From the NCBI GenBank assembly GCA_030264375.1, contig JASCQW010000128.1, forward strand, positions 12,334,333-12,398,332: a DNA stretch of 64,000 nucleotides, read 5' to 3'. The stretch's first letter is position 1, and each line of letters begins with the position of its first letter. This document shows, one piece after another, positions 52,701 through 60,372 of this stretch. This stretch comes from Carcharhinus longimanus (taxonomy: Eukaryota). Below the pieces are notes generated by a model, which did not search any database, was not told the origin of the DNA, and saw only the letters and a program-made list of their open reading frames with translations. The position numbers were made by a program, and so were the translations under genes.

Positions 52701-55700
52701 AGCAGGTTGTTAAATGATAATAATGGTTCGATGAGCACCTTAACTTGAAGGTCGTGTGGAGTGGAAATGCTGGCACAAACCTATTGGGCCAAATGACCTG
52801 ATTGTGGGCTGTAAATTGAATATGATTACATGTAATCCACTGAGAAAATCTATTCTCTCTGTTCAGTTCTTCTCAATAATCTGAGCTCTCTCCTGACTTG
52901 TCCTCCATCCTTAGTGTCTGCCTGTACACTAGCTTATTCCATTTTGAAATATACACTCAATCTTACTGCCTGAGACCAGTTTCACCCCCAAAGTGGGTGA
53001 TAGCCAATCAGCAGCCTGTTTTGCACCTTGCTGCATTAATTTTGGCAAACAGGATAGTGCAGGGAATATAGTGCATAGTACCGTGAAACATAATTGTTAA
53101 CCTCTTCATCGTTCCCCAGTTGTTGTCCTGAAGAAACTCTTACAAATTGCATGAATCTCTTTCCAAATCACTTCTTTCTGTTATCTCCCCACTCCCCCCC
53201 ACCCACCCGTTTGACTTTTTCCTTTCTCTTTTTTTCTGTCTCTCCCCACTTAACTCTTTATTTTAATCTTTCTCTTGGCTTTTTTACTCTTATTCCCTCT
53301 CCCTTTCTCTGCCTCTTTCTCTCTCCACTCTCCCTACTCCCTTTCATTTCATGGTGCACTTTGTTATGAATTATGGACAATATAGACATGACTGCTGGTT
53401 CCAAATGACACTAACTTGTTATAAACTTTGATATTGTTCAGTGTCAGAAAGGACACAGTAAATTAAAATGACATGTTCAGAATTCACTACTTTTAGTTAT
53501 TTCAAAGATAGAAAACAGGTTTAGTTTTGAATTCAAAACTGAAGGGACAGTGGTAAAGGACACAAAATAAGACCTCGTTCGGCATTACTGAAGTTAATCA
53601 GATACGCAACATATGCAAGCTGCCTCAGCCCATTGCCATATCCATAAATGCCACTTTGTGCCATCAGTGCTTAAATTGAAGGACACATAATCCTTGGTGG
53701 TTTACCAGTTAAATGATGCCTTGTGTTACTCAGCCTCATAGATGTGCAAAGAAGGTCCCTGGTCTATGTCACATCAACTCATCCCTGTTGTTGGGCCACA
53801 CTATGGACAGAATTTCTGTTCCAGAGACTGAATTGGAATGACTTCCGCTGCATAGCAGGCAGCTGAGCAAACACAACTCCTTAATTATGCAGCCATGAGG
53901 ATTATGCCAAATCTTGTGGCAGGTTGGGCAGTAAGTGCCCTTCCCAGCCGTCACTTCATAGGCTCCAACGTCTGGGTGTCAGAGTTGAACAGCATCTGGA
54001 CAGCCATTCAACTCTTGCGTCTGCTGCTTGACTTTCCTTCCTTTCCCCCTCTCCCTCACCTGGCTCCCTAGTCCTGCCTTGATCTTACCCTTCCTCTATG
54101 CCCAGCCTTGGCACAGCTTGTGTGACAGGCCGCTGATGTCTCTCAATGACACTGCGAAAGGCAGGCGAAAGCAGCATCCACTGATGGCACGGTAGCACAG
54201 TGGTTAGTGCCGTTGCCTCACAGCACCAGGGAGCAGGTTTGATTCCTGGAGTGGGTCACTGTCTATGTGGAGTTTGCACGTTCTCCCCATGTCTGCGTGG
54301 GTTTCCTCCGGTGCTCCAGTTTCCTCCCACAGTCTGAAAGAAGTGCTGGTTAGGTGCATTGACCCAAACAGGTGATGGAGTGTGGCGCCTAGGAGAATTT
54401 CACGGTAACTTCATTGCAGTGTTAATGTAAACCTTACTGGGGCTAATGAATCAACTTTAAAAAAAACTTTTGACCTGGAAGTCCAGAAAGAAGTCGACCT
54501 CTCCAGGTGTACACCACTCATGTTCACAATCATGAAACAGAACATTCTGAATTCCTGCTGGCTGGGTGTTACATTTGGCAAGGGGGTGGAAAACAAGGGT
54601 GTGTTAGACTTTTAGTGAGCATTCATGAGATGCAAATGATGTTCCCAGTGCAGATCTGCAGATCTCTAGACCAGCCTTTAACCTGCCAGGAATGCCAGGA
54701 GATCAAGATTCCAAACGAATTACAGGCGGGGGTGGAAAACTTTTCCCAACATGTCCTCGACATTCCTTAGTTACCCAGGTGTTAAAATGACTTGTTACTA
54801 ACTACTGCTGACCATCCCCAACAGTCTGGCTGACAAGTGGCCATTTGTAAACTTTGAATAAAGAGTAATCAATTTCAGCTGTGGTGCCTCGCAACCCTCA
54901 ATCCATCAACCCTTCCTGCACCATCGCTCCTGCCCCTATCAAATAGCCTCTTGACACTCACTAATCTGACTGGCTCACAAACTATGGCCACTGGAAAATT
55001 TGTCAAATAAGCCAGTATTTGTCATCATCTTCAGGAGTAGTGCGAAGAACATTAGGAGATAAACTGAAAATGAGCATGAAACAATGTAGTTTGAATGTGT
55101 GCTATGCTATTGGGACCTCCTGTATTAATTTCTTCAAAGGTCTAATCTTCGTCTTACTTGTATTATCGGACATTTAGAACACCACTTTCAATGTGATGTT
55201 TGTGGCTGACATAACTCCCATCTGTCCCTTTTCCCTACATTTGAGATTCAGTTGTGATAGAAGAGGGATGAGAGCTGTTTGGTGTGATATTCATTCAAAT
55301 TGTCTTTCTCTTTTCCTTCCCTAATATAGAATAAACATTGTTTACTGGAAGCTGGACTGAGCTGCACAAGAGATTTAATTAAGAAGGACATCTATCCAAT
55401 TATAATTGTCATTAAAGTCTGTGAGAAGAACATCAAACGATTCAGGTACTGTCTGATCCTTTCCACACTGGTGCCTTTAATTAGTTAAAGCTGCCATTTC
55501 CAATCAATGTTGCCAAATTAAACTTGCCTTGTTACATAGGGAGGGGCTAAAGATACTTCGTGGCTATTATAAAAAGGATTCCTTACATCTTTCTGTTAAA
55601 AGTCTCAGTTTTGACTTTCAACAATTCAAAATTTAATTGAGCACCCTAGGCAAGAAATGATATATGAACAGAGCACAAGTTGGAGATCGAGGCATTGTAC

Positions 55701-58700
55701 TGAAGCTTTGATTCTCTGATCTATACCCTTTTTAAGTTCAGCACGCCTTCTGCAAGGGCAGCATGGGATTATTTTGATTGAAGGTACCAAAGCCTGTTTT
55801 AACTTAGGATGGGAATTTGACGTGTGGGGAGATGTTGTCATGTTGGGGTGACAGGCCCCCATGAAGTAATCGACATGAAGCATGGGCAATTTTAACTCCT
55901 GGGCCTTCACTTTAAAATGACTGATGAGCAACCTCCCAAAAGTGTACCATAACATGCAGCTCACCCACAATTTCTACCGAGGCCTACTTAAAGCAGGAAT
56001 GTGCTTCTTAGAGTGAGAAAGCCTCACAATGAGTCCCTCTCCTGCCAACCCCAACCCTAAATTCAGATTGGCACCCTGGAGGAGGCCTAAGTGGAGGCAG
56101 TGAGGAATGGCCCAAATGAAACATCTGTGTTAAGTAGTATCTGAAAGGATTGGTGGCACCAGCATCATCCCAGAACTCAGCTCAATGCAGAGTGCAATCT
56201 GCTGACCTCTCAGGAGCAATAAGTGTGAGTTGCAAGTGTGCATTAAGTGTGGGCAGCACATGAAAAAAGCCAGCCATGCTACAAAGCCCCAAAATCTCCC
56301 CTATTGGCCATTGAGTTTAATGGGGAATGTGATGTCCTGTGAGAAGGATTCAGACTCAACAGATTATAATAGCATTCACTGAAAGTAAAGGAGCGGCAAA
56401 TTGCGCGGAGGGTGTGGAGAGTCTGCAGAAGGATCTAGATAGGCTGGGCNNNNNNNNNNNNNNNNNNNNNNNNNNNNNNNNNNNNNNNNNNNNNNNNNNN
56501 NNNNNNNNNNNNNNNNNNNNNNNNNNNNNNNNNNNNNNNNNNNNNNNNNTATTGAATGGCGGGGCAGGCTCGAAGGGCTAGATGGCCTACTCCTGCTCCT
56601 ATTTCTTATGTTCTTATGTTAAAACAATTAGTGTGGTTTGCACAACCATGCTGAAGTTTCACCAAAATAGTGCCGAGGTCAGAGGAACACAGTATCAAAA
56701 TTTCCAGATGGCACACCAGCATGGTTAACCATGAAGGGAAACTGTGTGCAATGCATGAAGCACAATTTAGCGGATTAAGCAGCGAAGCACTGAATTAAAT
56801 TCAATGCAGAGAAATTGAGATAATATTTTCTTGAGAAAGTATAGGAAATACAAATTAAGGAGTGAAATTTTAAAAGCATCATAAGAACAAAGCCATAAAT
56901 ATAGAGGTATAGTCATTTTTAGAAGCAGGAGGATTCTTTTAAAGACAAAGGGCATAAATAAATAGGAACTTAAATATAAAGAGATAATTCTAAGGGCAGA
57001 ATTCTCCCATTTTGAGACGAACACCAAAAACTTCTGTTTGTGGCCTGGATTCTCCAATTCACTGAAAAAGAATGGAGCCTTGGCTGGAATGCCAAATTTC
57101 TGTTCTCACTTGCAGCTGGACAGGTATGGATGAGATCGAGGAATCCCACGCTGTGTGGTGATGAATGACTCTGGGGTCGTCTGTCCCACTGGCCAGAATG
57201 GCAAGCTCCTATGCCAGATTCTGCACTTGGAACCTCATTAATAATGCACAGGCAAATTCCCCTTCAAGTTCACCTGGCTGTCATCAGTTGGTGGGTTCAA
57301 AGGTTTCAGAAACCATATTTAAATACCAATGCAGTGCACTCATTTCGCTCTCTCCACCCCACCTGTCTTCACTGGACTGCGCAGAATGTTAGCAACCCGT
57401 AGGGAAAATATTTGCAGCCTCGGGAAGAAGTCTGTTCCTCAATTCAACCATCCTACCCCCCCGAGCTCATCACGTGCGAGGCAGCCATGCTCCACTTGGG
57501 CCTCTACCCGTTGGTCGGGAGTCTTCATGCATTCCCTACCAGTAGACAATGTGGTGTTGCTTTGACTTCCTGTTTGTGAGCTTTTCATGTATACTTGACT
57601 GGATCCAGCTTCCCTCACCTTGTTCTTCCCTCTGCCTTCCATTGTTTGCTTTCTTCATCAACTTCCTTGCCCTTCTGCTTGTCATCGTGAACCTTTGCCC
57701 TTCCCCACCTCCTTGCACAGCCTTCCTTCCATATCGCCCCCACTTGCCTTCTACAGGCCCACCACCTCCTTCCCCATGCCCACCATCCCGCGGATCCATC
57801 GCGCACTTCAGCCCGGTGCCCAATTAGGAACTTCTGTTCCGGTGCCTGTATTAACCTGTCATTGGGAGAATTGCAACATGGTTTTATTCCTGTGTGTTTC
57901 TGATGTTTTGGCTCCTGCTAGATTCTCCACTCCTGCTCACCAGCAAATCTGCCATGGGCGGAATAAGGGAATTNNNNNNNNNNNNNNNNNNNNNNNNNNN
58001 NNNNNNNNNNNNNNNNNNNNNNNNNNNNNNNNNNNNNNNNNNNNNNNNNNNNNNNNNNNNNNNNNNNNNNNNNNNNNNNNNNNNNNNNNNNNNNNNNNNN
58101 NNNNNNNNNNNNNNNNNNNNNNNNNNNNNNNNNNNNNNNNNNNNNNNNNNNNNNNNNNNNNNNNNNNNNNNNNNNNNNNNNNNNNNNNNNNNNNNNNNNN
58201 NNNNNNNNNNNNNNNNNNNNNNNNNNNNNNNNNNNNNNNNNNNNNNNNNNNNNNNNNNNNNNNNNNNNNNNNNNNNNNNNNNNNNNNNNNNNNNNNNNNN
58301 NNNNNNNNNNNNNNNNNNNNNNNNNNNNNNNNNNNNNNNNNNNNNNNNNNNNNNNNNNNNNNNNNNNNNNNNNACCACTCAGCCCCCAAATGCATAACGG
58401 GAATCCCACAACAGAGCTCGTGATTGGGCCATCACCCCCTCCCCCAGCACTGCCCCACTGGGAGCAGTGCTAGGGGGCAATGCCAGGGTACTACCCAGGC
58501 ATGTCTCTCTCTCTCTCTCCTCCCAGGGTTTATACATACCATTGCACATCCAGCAGGTTCCATTCATCTAGTTCCTGTTTTTAATAAGTCAGAAACCTCA
58601 CCGACATAATGTCACGTCAGTGAGGGAGGAATTCATTGTGTGGGGGGGACAATATGGTGGGGCAGCCCACTAATTATATGTCAATGTATTGAAATAAGAT

Positions 58701-60372
58701 TCCCAATCTTCCTGGGCGCGAACCTCGTTCGGTTACCGGCAGGGGTGGGGAGATTGGGAAAATGAGATCTCAGCTGCGAAGTTCACATTTTCTGGGTCCG
58801 ATATTTTTCGATCTCAGCAAATGGTGGATCAAAACTGTGGTACATAAGTCTTTTGAATCACTGGGTGGGATCTTGTGTCTCCTTCCCCCTCCAACCAGGT
58901 GTGTTTTGCGGTGGCGGAGGCGGCTCGCCAATGGTAGGATCTTGAGGGCCTGCCATTGTCAACGGGTTTTCCCATTGTATGCACTCTAGGCTTGGGGGGG
59001 GTGGAGGGATGTTCCATGGACGGGACTGGACGATTACATCCCATCCAATGTTTAGGCTCAGTGGAGATCAGAAAGTTGTGGGTTGAGCACAAATCTGGGA
59101 TGATACTTCCATACCTTAATTATATGGGGGAGGGTGGGAATTGAGAAACCGGCAAGTTTCATGGGAATAGTGAAGCTTGAGAGGACAACTGATAGAGGTG
59201 TTTGGAANNNNNNNNNNNNNNNNNNNNNNNNNNNNNNNNNNNNNNNNNNNNNNNNNNNNNNNNNNNNNNNNNNNNNNNNNNNNNNNNNNNNNNNNNNNNN
59301 NNNNNNNGTTTGGAATGATAGAGAATTATAGCAGGTTAAATGGGGAAGAGCTACTTCATTGCACAATAATTAGAAAGCATAAAGTTATGAACATTACCAA
59401 AAGAAGGAAGGGAAAATATATATATTTACTTTATAATGCAAAATGTTGTTGAATATGAAAACCCTACCAGAATAGGAGCAGAATCCAGATTAGCTTTAAA
59501 AAGAAAAACGGATAAATAATTGAAAAAGAAAAGAATTAAAGGTTGCAATAAAAGGGGCAGAGTAATGGGAATAAGTGACTAACTCTTTCCAAGAGTTAAC
59601 ACAATGGGATGGGCCAGATGGCTGCCTTCTGTGCTCTGAAGTCCAGTGATGATGCAATGGTAGGTCAGAAATCAGCACCTTGGAGAAAGATGAAGGTGTA
59701 ACCCTAAACTTTCTACAAAGAAGAAGCAAAAGTCGGAGGGCAAGTGTCCCCTGGCCAACTCCTCCTTTGCAATTCTCATGACTTTAATAATTATATCCTC
59801 AAAATCATGTTAAGTGTTTATAATCATAAAAGTTACAAATTTCTGTGCTGAAGGTTATATTACTGACCTTACTAATACATCTATTGATTCATTGCTTAGT
59901 CTCACAATTAAGACTGACTAGTTATCTAGTTTGGCTCTTGAAATGGCTTCTTAGCACAAAATGGCTTTTGACTATGTTAATGTTTATAATGCTAAATAAC
60001 ATGTTGATTCAGACTACAAAATGATAGTCACACTTAAACTATTGATTTTTCAAACTTCCAACACTACATTTTCTAGACCATCTTAAAATGTTGTCATGTT
60101 GTGCTGGTGACACTGAAATCAGATGTTTGACATTCATAAAGAGTTAAATGTACCTAAATTACAGGAGACTGCCAGCAAAGCCAGACAGCGGTGAGGAAGA
60201 GTTCCTGAAGATCTGTCGTTCAAATGAGAGTGAGCTGGAGTCTCTCCCCTGCTTGTACGCAACGGTGGAAGCTGATGCATGGGGCAACATTAAGGAGCTC
60301 ATCAAAATCATCAAAGAAAAAATAATTGAGGAGCAGAGGAAGACTGTCTGGATCGACCAGGACCAACTCTAG
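242..60372 (+). CDS. CARD11: CARD11/CARMA1, 3' part of the gene (15 coding exons; linker-PDZ-SH3-GUK); the 5' exons (CARD, coiled coil) lie upstream of the window
   Basis: Exons 242-290, 3686-3765, 9829-9941, 14685-14752, 15618-15750, 17709-17910, 27945-28071, 32814-33054, 38109-38205, 39504-39596, 45120-45252, 45686-45865, 49682-49806, 55330-55445 and 60165-60372 are GT-AG flanked with compatible phases. Total 1965 nt. The peptide follows human CARD11 ([48 protein letters not shown]). Confidence 0.97.
1844..2428. mobile_element. GC-rich non-autonomous TIR element (Harbinger-type MITE); left end lost in a gap
   Basis: Ends in GGAGAATCGCCCCC, the same terminus type as the 31425-32420 element. 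Confidence 0.55.
3686..3765 (+). CDS. CARD11: CARD11 linker exon (~exon 12): (D)[26 protein letters not shown]
   Basis: tttAG|AT...ATG|GTAAGT, 80 nt, phase 1 to 0, ends in Met as human ...SFTKM. Sequence is divergent. An in-frame alternative AG lies at 3699-3700. Confidence 0.75.
4300..4443. mobile_element. Truncated Penelope-like fold-back element with a hammerhead-like core on the - strand (4393-4428)
   Basis: Shares GATGTG(G)AGATGC...GGACTGGGGTAAACACAGTAAGAAGTC with the copies at 16785 and 20606. The - strand reads CAC-CTGACGA-AGGGGCAAACCCT-GAAA-GCTT-GCG. Confidence 0.7.
6160..6920 (-). pseudogene. Decayed PIF/Harbinger (HARBI1-like) DDE transposase
   Basis: Read across frameshifts and stops: [22 protein letters not shown]...[19 protein letters not shown]...[19 protein letters not shown]...[11 protein letters not shown]...[10 protein letters not shown]...[19 protein letters not shown]...[18 protein letters not shown]...CCAMLN. 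Motif order matches Harbinger transposases. Confidence 0.88.
7962..8092 (+). mobile_element. V-SINE 3' part, tail type B
   Basis: GCATTGGCCATACTAAATTCTC...GGGGATTTTC...CTACTTGTGACACTAATAAATAAA. Confidence 0.8.
9392..9662 (+). mobile_element. U1+U2 snRNA-derived chimeric retro-element (SINEU-like)
   Basis: 9392-9437 matches human U1 nt 1-46 at 37/46 ungapped. 9518-9538 is identical to U2 nt 7-27. Both are followed by a non-snRNA body ending GGAATAAAA. Confidence 0.75.
9829..9941 (+). CDS. CARD11: CARD11 linker exon (~exon 13): [37 protein letters not shown]
   Basis: ttatAG|CAA...AG|GTAAGA. Matches human [33 protein letters not shown]. Confidence 0.93.
11514..11795 (+). mobile_element. tRNA-derived V-SINE (HE1-like head), tail type B
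   Basis: A-box/B-box-like head (CAGTAGTTAGCACTGCTGCCTCAC...TTCGATTCC), V-domain, and tail ...GCCTACTTGTGACAAAATA. Confidence 0.85.
12374..12575 (-). mobile_element. HE1-like V-SINE, 3' part (tail type A, CR1-like)
   Basis: CATAGAATCCCTAGAGTGCAGAAGGAGGCCATTCAGCCCATCGAGTCTG is the reverse complement of the HE1-type tail. Confidence 0.75.
13614..14053. mobile_element. Harbinger-type MITE
   Basis: Imperfect TIRs GGGCCTAATTTAAT / ATTAAATTCTTCCC flanked by a 3-bp direct repeat, AGT. Confidence 0.65.
14685..14752 (+). CDS. CARD11: CARD11 linker exon (~exon 14): (S)[22 protein letters not shown]
   Basis: gacAG|T...G|GTAAAT. Matches human STVEEDNDSGGFDALDLD. Confidence 0.9.
15040..15550 (+). mobile_element. 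Degenerate CR1 LINE 3' fragment
   Basis: TTGGAGAAAGTACAGCTCAGATTTACCAC (LE.VQ.RFT motif), CTTAAAATTAGAGCTAGAC, and a GGGCTGAATAGCCT terminus. Confidence 0.7.
15618..15750 (+). CDS. CARD11: CARD11 linker exon (~exon 15): (D)[43 protein letters not shown]
   Basis: gcAG|AT...AG|GTATGG, 133 nt. Near-identical to human [12 protein letters not shown]...FRKFSLE. Confidence 0.96.
16111..16770. mobile_element. GC-rich TIR element (MITE)
   Basis: Imperfect TIRs CCAGGATTTTATGGGG / CCCCATAAGATCTGG. Interior resembles the 13614 and 43121 elements. Confidence 0.6.
16887..16922 (-). ncRNA. Minimal type I hammerhead ribozyme-like motif (antisense copy)
   Basis: The - strand reads CAC-CTGATGA-AGGAACAACATTTCT-GAAA-GCTT-GTG. 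Stem II is weakened by mutation. Confidence 0.55.
16934..16969 (+). ncRNA. Minimal type I hammerhead ribozyme-like motif
   Basis: CTC-CTGACGA-A-GGAAC AGC GTTTCC-GAAA-GCTT-GTG: CUGANGA core, stem II, GAAA and palindromic AAGCTT helix III. Confidence 0.65.
17709..17910 (+). CDS. CARD11: CARD11 exon (~exon 16), end of linker and first half of PDZ
   Basis: tgtAG|A...TTG|GTAAGA, 202 nt. RPFRPSLSS...TLNGDNL...GGNERG...[14 protein letters not shown]. Confidence 0.97.
18440..18725 (+). mobile_element. Degenerate SacSINE1-like Deu-SINE
   Basis: tRNA-like head (...GCCTTTGAGTCAGAA), Deu-domain CCTGGTCAATATTTATCCCTCAAACAAC, and tail TTGGGACATTTTGAAGACATGAAAGATGCTA. Confidence 0.7.
19255..19535 (-). mobile_element. 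V-SINE, tail type B
   Basis: Reverse complement of the 11514-type element, from tail TTTATTTATTAGTGTCACA to head CACTAACCACTGTGCTAC. Confidence 0.85.
20606..20846. mobile_element. Fold-back Penelope-like mini-element with one hammerhead core
   Basis: Inverted arms at ~20640-20711 and ~20777-20846. A 12-bp TSD, AGCCTGTA(C/T)TGA, lies at 20594-20605 and 20847-20858. Confidence 0.85.
20752..20787 (+). ncRNA. Minimal type I hammerhead ribozyme-like motif
   Basis: CAC-CTGATGA-AG-GGGGC AGT GCTCT-GAAA-GCTT-GTG, with stem I formed by CAC/GTG. Confidence 0.7.
20886..21112 (+). pseudogene. Decayed Myb/SANT-like DNA-binding ORF of a Harbinger element
   Basis: Across frameshifts: [12 protein letters not shown]...[13 protein letters not shown]...[15 protein letters not shown]...EFDGLTQ. 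Resembles the W...RTWxQCRKKFNDL pattern of Harbinger accessory proteins. Confidence 0.6.
21140..21460 (+). mobile_element. Full-length HE1-like V-SINE, tail type A
   Basis: Head GCAGTGGTTAGCACTGCTGCCTCACAGCACCAGGGACCCAGGTTCAATTC, V-domain, and tail GATGGGCCAAATGGCCTCCTACTGCACTGTAGGAATTCT. Confidence 0.9.
21586..21915 (+). mobile_element. Full-length HE1-like V-SINE, tail type A
   Basis: Same structure as the 21140 copy. Confidence 0.9.
22120..22570 (-). mobile_element. Non-LTR retrotransposon (CR1/L2 group) endonuclease-region fragment
   Basis: ORF 22259-22498: [21 protein letters not shown]...[10 protein letters not shown]...[11 protein letters not shown], with the APE-type LDL...SDH motifs. 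Confidence 0.8.
23680..24003 (-). mobile_element. HE1-like V-SINE, tail type A
   Basis: Reverse-complement copy ending CCCTGGCGCTGTGAGGCTGCAGTGCTTCCACTGTACCATCATGCC. Confidence 0.85.
24350..24643 (-). mobile_element. V-SINE, tail type B
   Basis: GTAGGCTTACATTAACACTGCAA...GGTAACCACTGTGCCACCATGCC. Confidence 0.85.
25487..25797 (-). mobile_element. HE1-like V-SINE, tail type A
   Basis: Reverse-complement full-length copy. Confidence 0.88.
26051..26830. repeat. Long imperfect inverted repeat (~205-bp arms, ~360-bp spacer); probable long-TIR non-autonomous transposon
   Basis: 26051-26254 aligns with the reverse complement of 26618-26830. The ORF track shows it too (PSCSLEWQ...QPVNLFDV on both strands). 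Confidence 0.85.
27945..28071 (+). CDS. CARD11: CARD11 exon (~exon 17), second half of PDZ
   Basis: gaAG|CTG...G|GTAAGC, 127 nt. [42 protein letters not shown]. Confidence 0.97.
28800..29839. mobile_element. Probable TIR element (MITE)
   Basis: Termini GCTGGATTTTCACCTC / GAGGAAATCCAGCC with a C-rich interior. Confidence 0.45.
31425..32420. mobile_element. ~1-kb GC-rich Harbinger-type non-autonomous element
   Basis: TIRs GGGGGCCATTCTCCCA / TGGGAGAATCGAGCCC (13/16 match), flanked by ATA and ACA. Confidence 0.7.
32421..32665 (-). mobile_element. HE1-like V-SINE, 5'-truncated, tail type A
   Basis: AGAATCCTACAGTGCAGAAGGAGGCCATTCGGCCCATTGAGTCTGCACC... Confidence 0.85.
32814..33054 (+). CDS. CARD11: CARD11 exon (~exon 18), SH3 domain
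   Basis: taAG|GT...AG|GTAATT, 241 nt. [28 protein letters not shown]...[24 protein letters not shown]. Confidence 0.97.
34200..34372 (+). mobile_element. CR1 LINE 3' end
   Basis: GGTAAGGGGATCAAAGGTTACGGGGAAAAGGCAGGAGAATGG...CCGAATGGCCTCATTCTGCTCCTATATCTTATGG. Confidence 0.85.
37010..37283 (+). mobile_element. V-SINE, tail type B
   Basis: Head, V-domain and ...GTCTACTTGTGACACTAATAAATAAACTTT. Confidence 0.85.
38109..38205 (+). CDS. CARD11: CARD11 exon (~exon 19): (R)[32 protein letters not shown]
   Basis: ttccAG|A...TGG|GTCTGT, 97 nt. The donor is weak but the phase fits. Confidence 0.93.
39504..39596 (+). CDS. CARD11: CARD11 exon (~exon 20): [31 protein letters not shown]
   Basis: tacAG|AGC...CAG|GT followed by a gap. 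Matches human NTLQPEE...PRLSRASFLFGQLLQ. Confidence 0.94.
40581..42425. mobile_element. Possible old solo LTR (TG...CA), interrupted by a CR1 fragment at ~41060-41330
   Basis: 8-bp inverted ends TGTTACAA...TTGTAACA. No clean TSD and no coding remnant recognised. Confidence 0.3.
42980..43870 (+). mobile_element. SacSINE1-like Deu-SINE split by a MITE inserted at 43121-43779
   Basis: The Deu-domain (...AAATTGGCTGCCATATTTCC) stops at 43120 and its tail (TTTGGGACATCCTGAAATGATGAAAGGTGTGATATAGAAA) resumes at 43780. Insert termini are GGACAGAATTTT / ATAATCCCGCCC. Confidence 0.7.
44505..44960 (-). mobile_element. Old L2-like LINE 3' fragment
   Basis: Begins ACAACTACTTATTTTTATGTTGCACC and continues as purine-rich sequence similar to 1330-1790 and, inverted, to 50860-51175. 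Confidence 0.55.
45120..45252 (+). CDS. CARD11: CARD11 exon (~exon 21): [25 protein letters not shown]...DKQD
   Basis: gacAG|TTT...G|GTAATA, 133 nt. Confidence 0.96.
45495..45636. mobile_element. Short PIF/Harbinger (Tourist-like) MITE
   Basis: Termini AGGGAGGATTTT / AAAATCCCGCCC flanked by TAA on both sides. A second copy lies at 49130-49262. Confidence 0.75.
45686..45865 (+). CDS. CARD11: CARD11 exon (~exon 22), start of GUK domain
   Basis: gaAG|AT...G|GTGAGG, 180 nt. SLIPYSLV...[33 protein letters not shown]. Confidence 0.97.
47470..47960 (-). mobile_element. Penelope-like element 3' fragment (GIY-YIG C-terminus plus pLTR with a decayed hammerhead)
   Basis: The - strand gives [18 protein letters not shown] / [21 protein letters not shown]. 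Downstream lies CAAATGA-AAAGTTATTGACCT-GAAATGTTAA, a mutated core. Confidence 0.7.
49130..49262. mobile_element. MITE, same family as 45495-45636
   Basis: Shared CGGGAATCATAG, CTCGGGC(A/G)GGAT, CCAGT.TTGGGG and TGGCCAGAAAATCC blocks. Confidence 0.75.
49682..49806 (+). CDS. CARD11: CARD11 exon (~exon 23), GUK domain
   Basis: tgtAG|AT...AAG|GTAAAA, 125 nt. [41 protein letters not shown]. Confidence 0.96.
50071..50106 (-). ncRNA. Degenerate minimal hammerhead-like motif of a different family
   Basis: The - strand reads TTGTC-CTGACGA-GT GCAAG AT-GAAA-AGTT-TC-AACAA. Confidence 0.5.
50400..50692 (-). mobile_element. V-SINE, tail type B
   Basis: Reverse-complement full-length copy. Confidence 0.88.
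51395..51755 (+). mobile_element. Degenerate SacSINE1-like Deu-SINE
   Basis: GTTGGTAGCACCCTC..CCTGAGTCAGAAGGTTATGG head; GAAAGAACAGCAAGTTCTCCAGGTTTCTGG; GGGGATCTTGTTGTGCA. Confidence 0.6.
54186..54460 (+). mobile_element. V-SINE, tail type B
   Basis: GGCACGGTAGCACAGTGGTTAGTGCCGTTGCCTCACAGC...TTCATTGCAGTGTTAATGTAAACC. Confidence 0.88.
55330..55445 (+). CDS. CARD11: CARD11 exon (~exon 24), GUK domain
   Basis: atAG|AAT...AG|GTACTG, 116 nt. [38 protein letters not shown]. Confidence 0.96.
56395..56620 (+). mobile_element. CR1 LINE fragment (RT remnant, gap, 3' tail)
   Basis: [15 protein letters not shown] motif, then a tail almost identical to 1-69. Confidence 0.85.
56994..58830. mobile_element. 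Probable Harbinger-type non-autonomous element (gapped)
   Basis: Starts TAA|GGGCAGAATTCTCCCATTTTGAGAC. A degenerate inverted end, GATCTCAGCAAATGGTGGATC, lies near 58810-58830. Interior blocks resemble 31425-32420. Confidence 0.5.
60165..60372 (+). CDS. CARD11: CARD11 last coding exon (~exon 25)
   Basis: tacAG|G AGA CTG...[26 protein letters not shown]...[14 protein letters not shown], then TAG at 60370-60372. Confidence 0.97.

Noticed and set aside
17665-60372. Assignment to the paralogues CARD10 or CARD14
   Set aside because: The linker motifs ([25 protein letters not shown]) and the C-terminal ...DQL follow CARD11.
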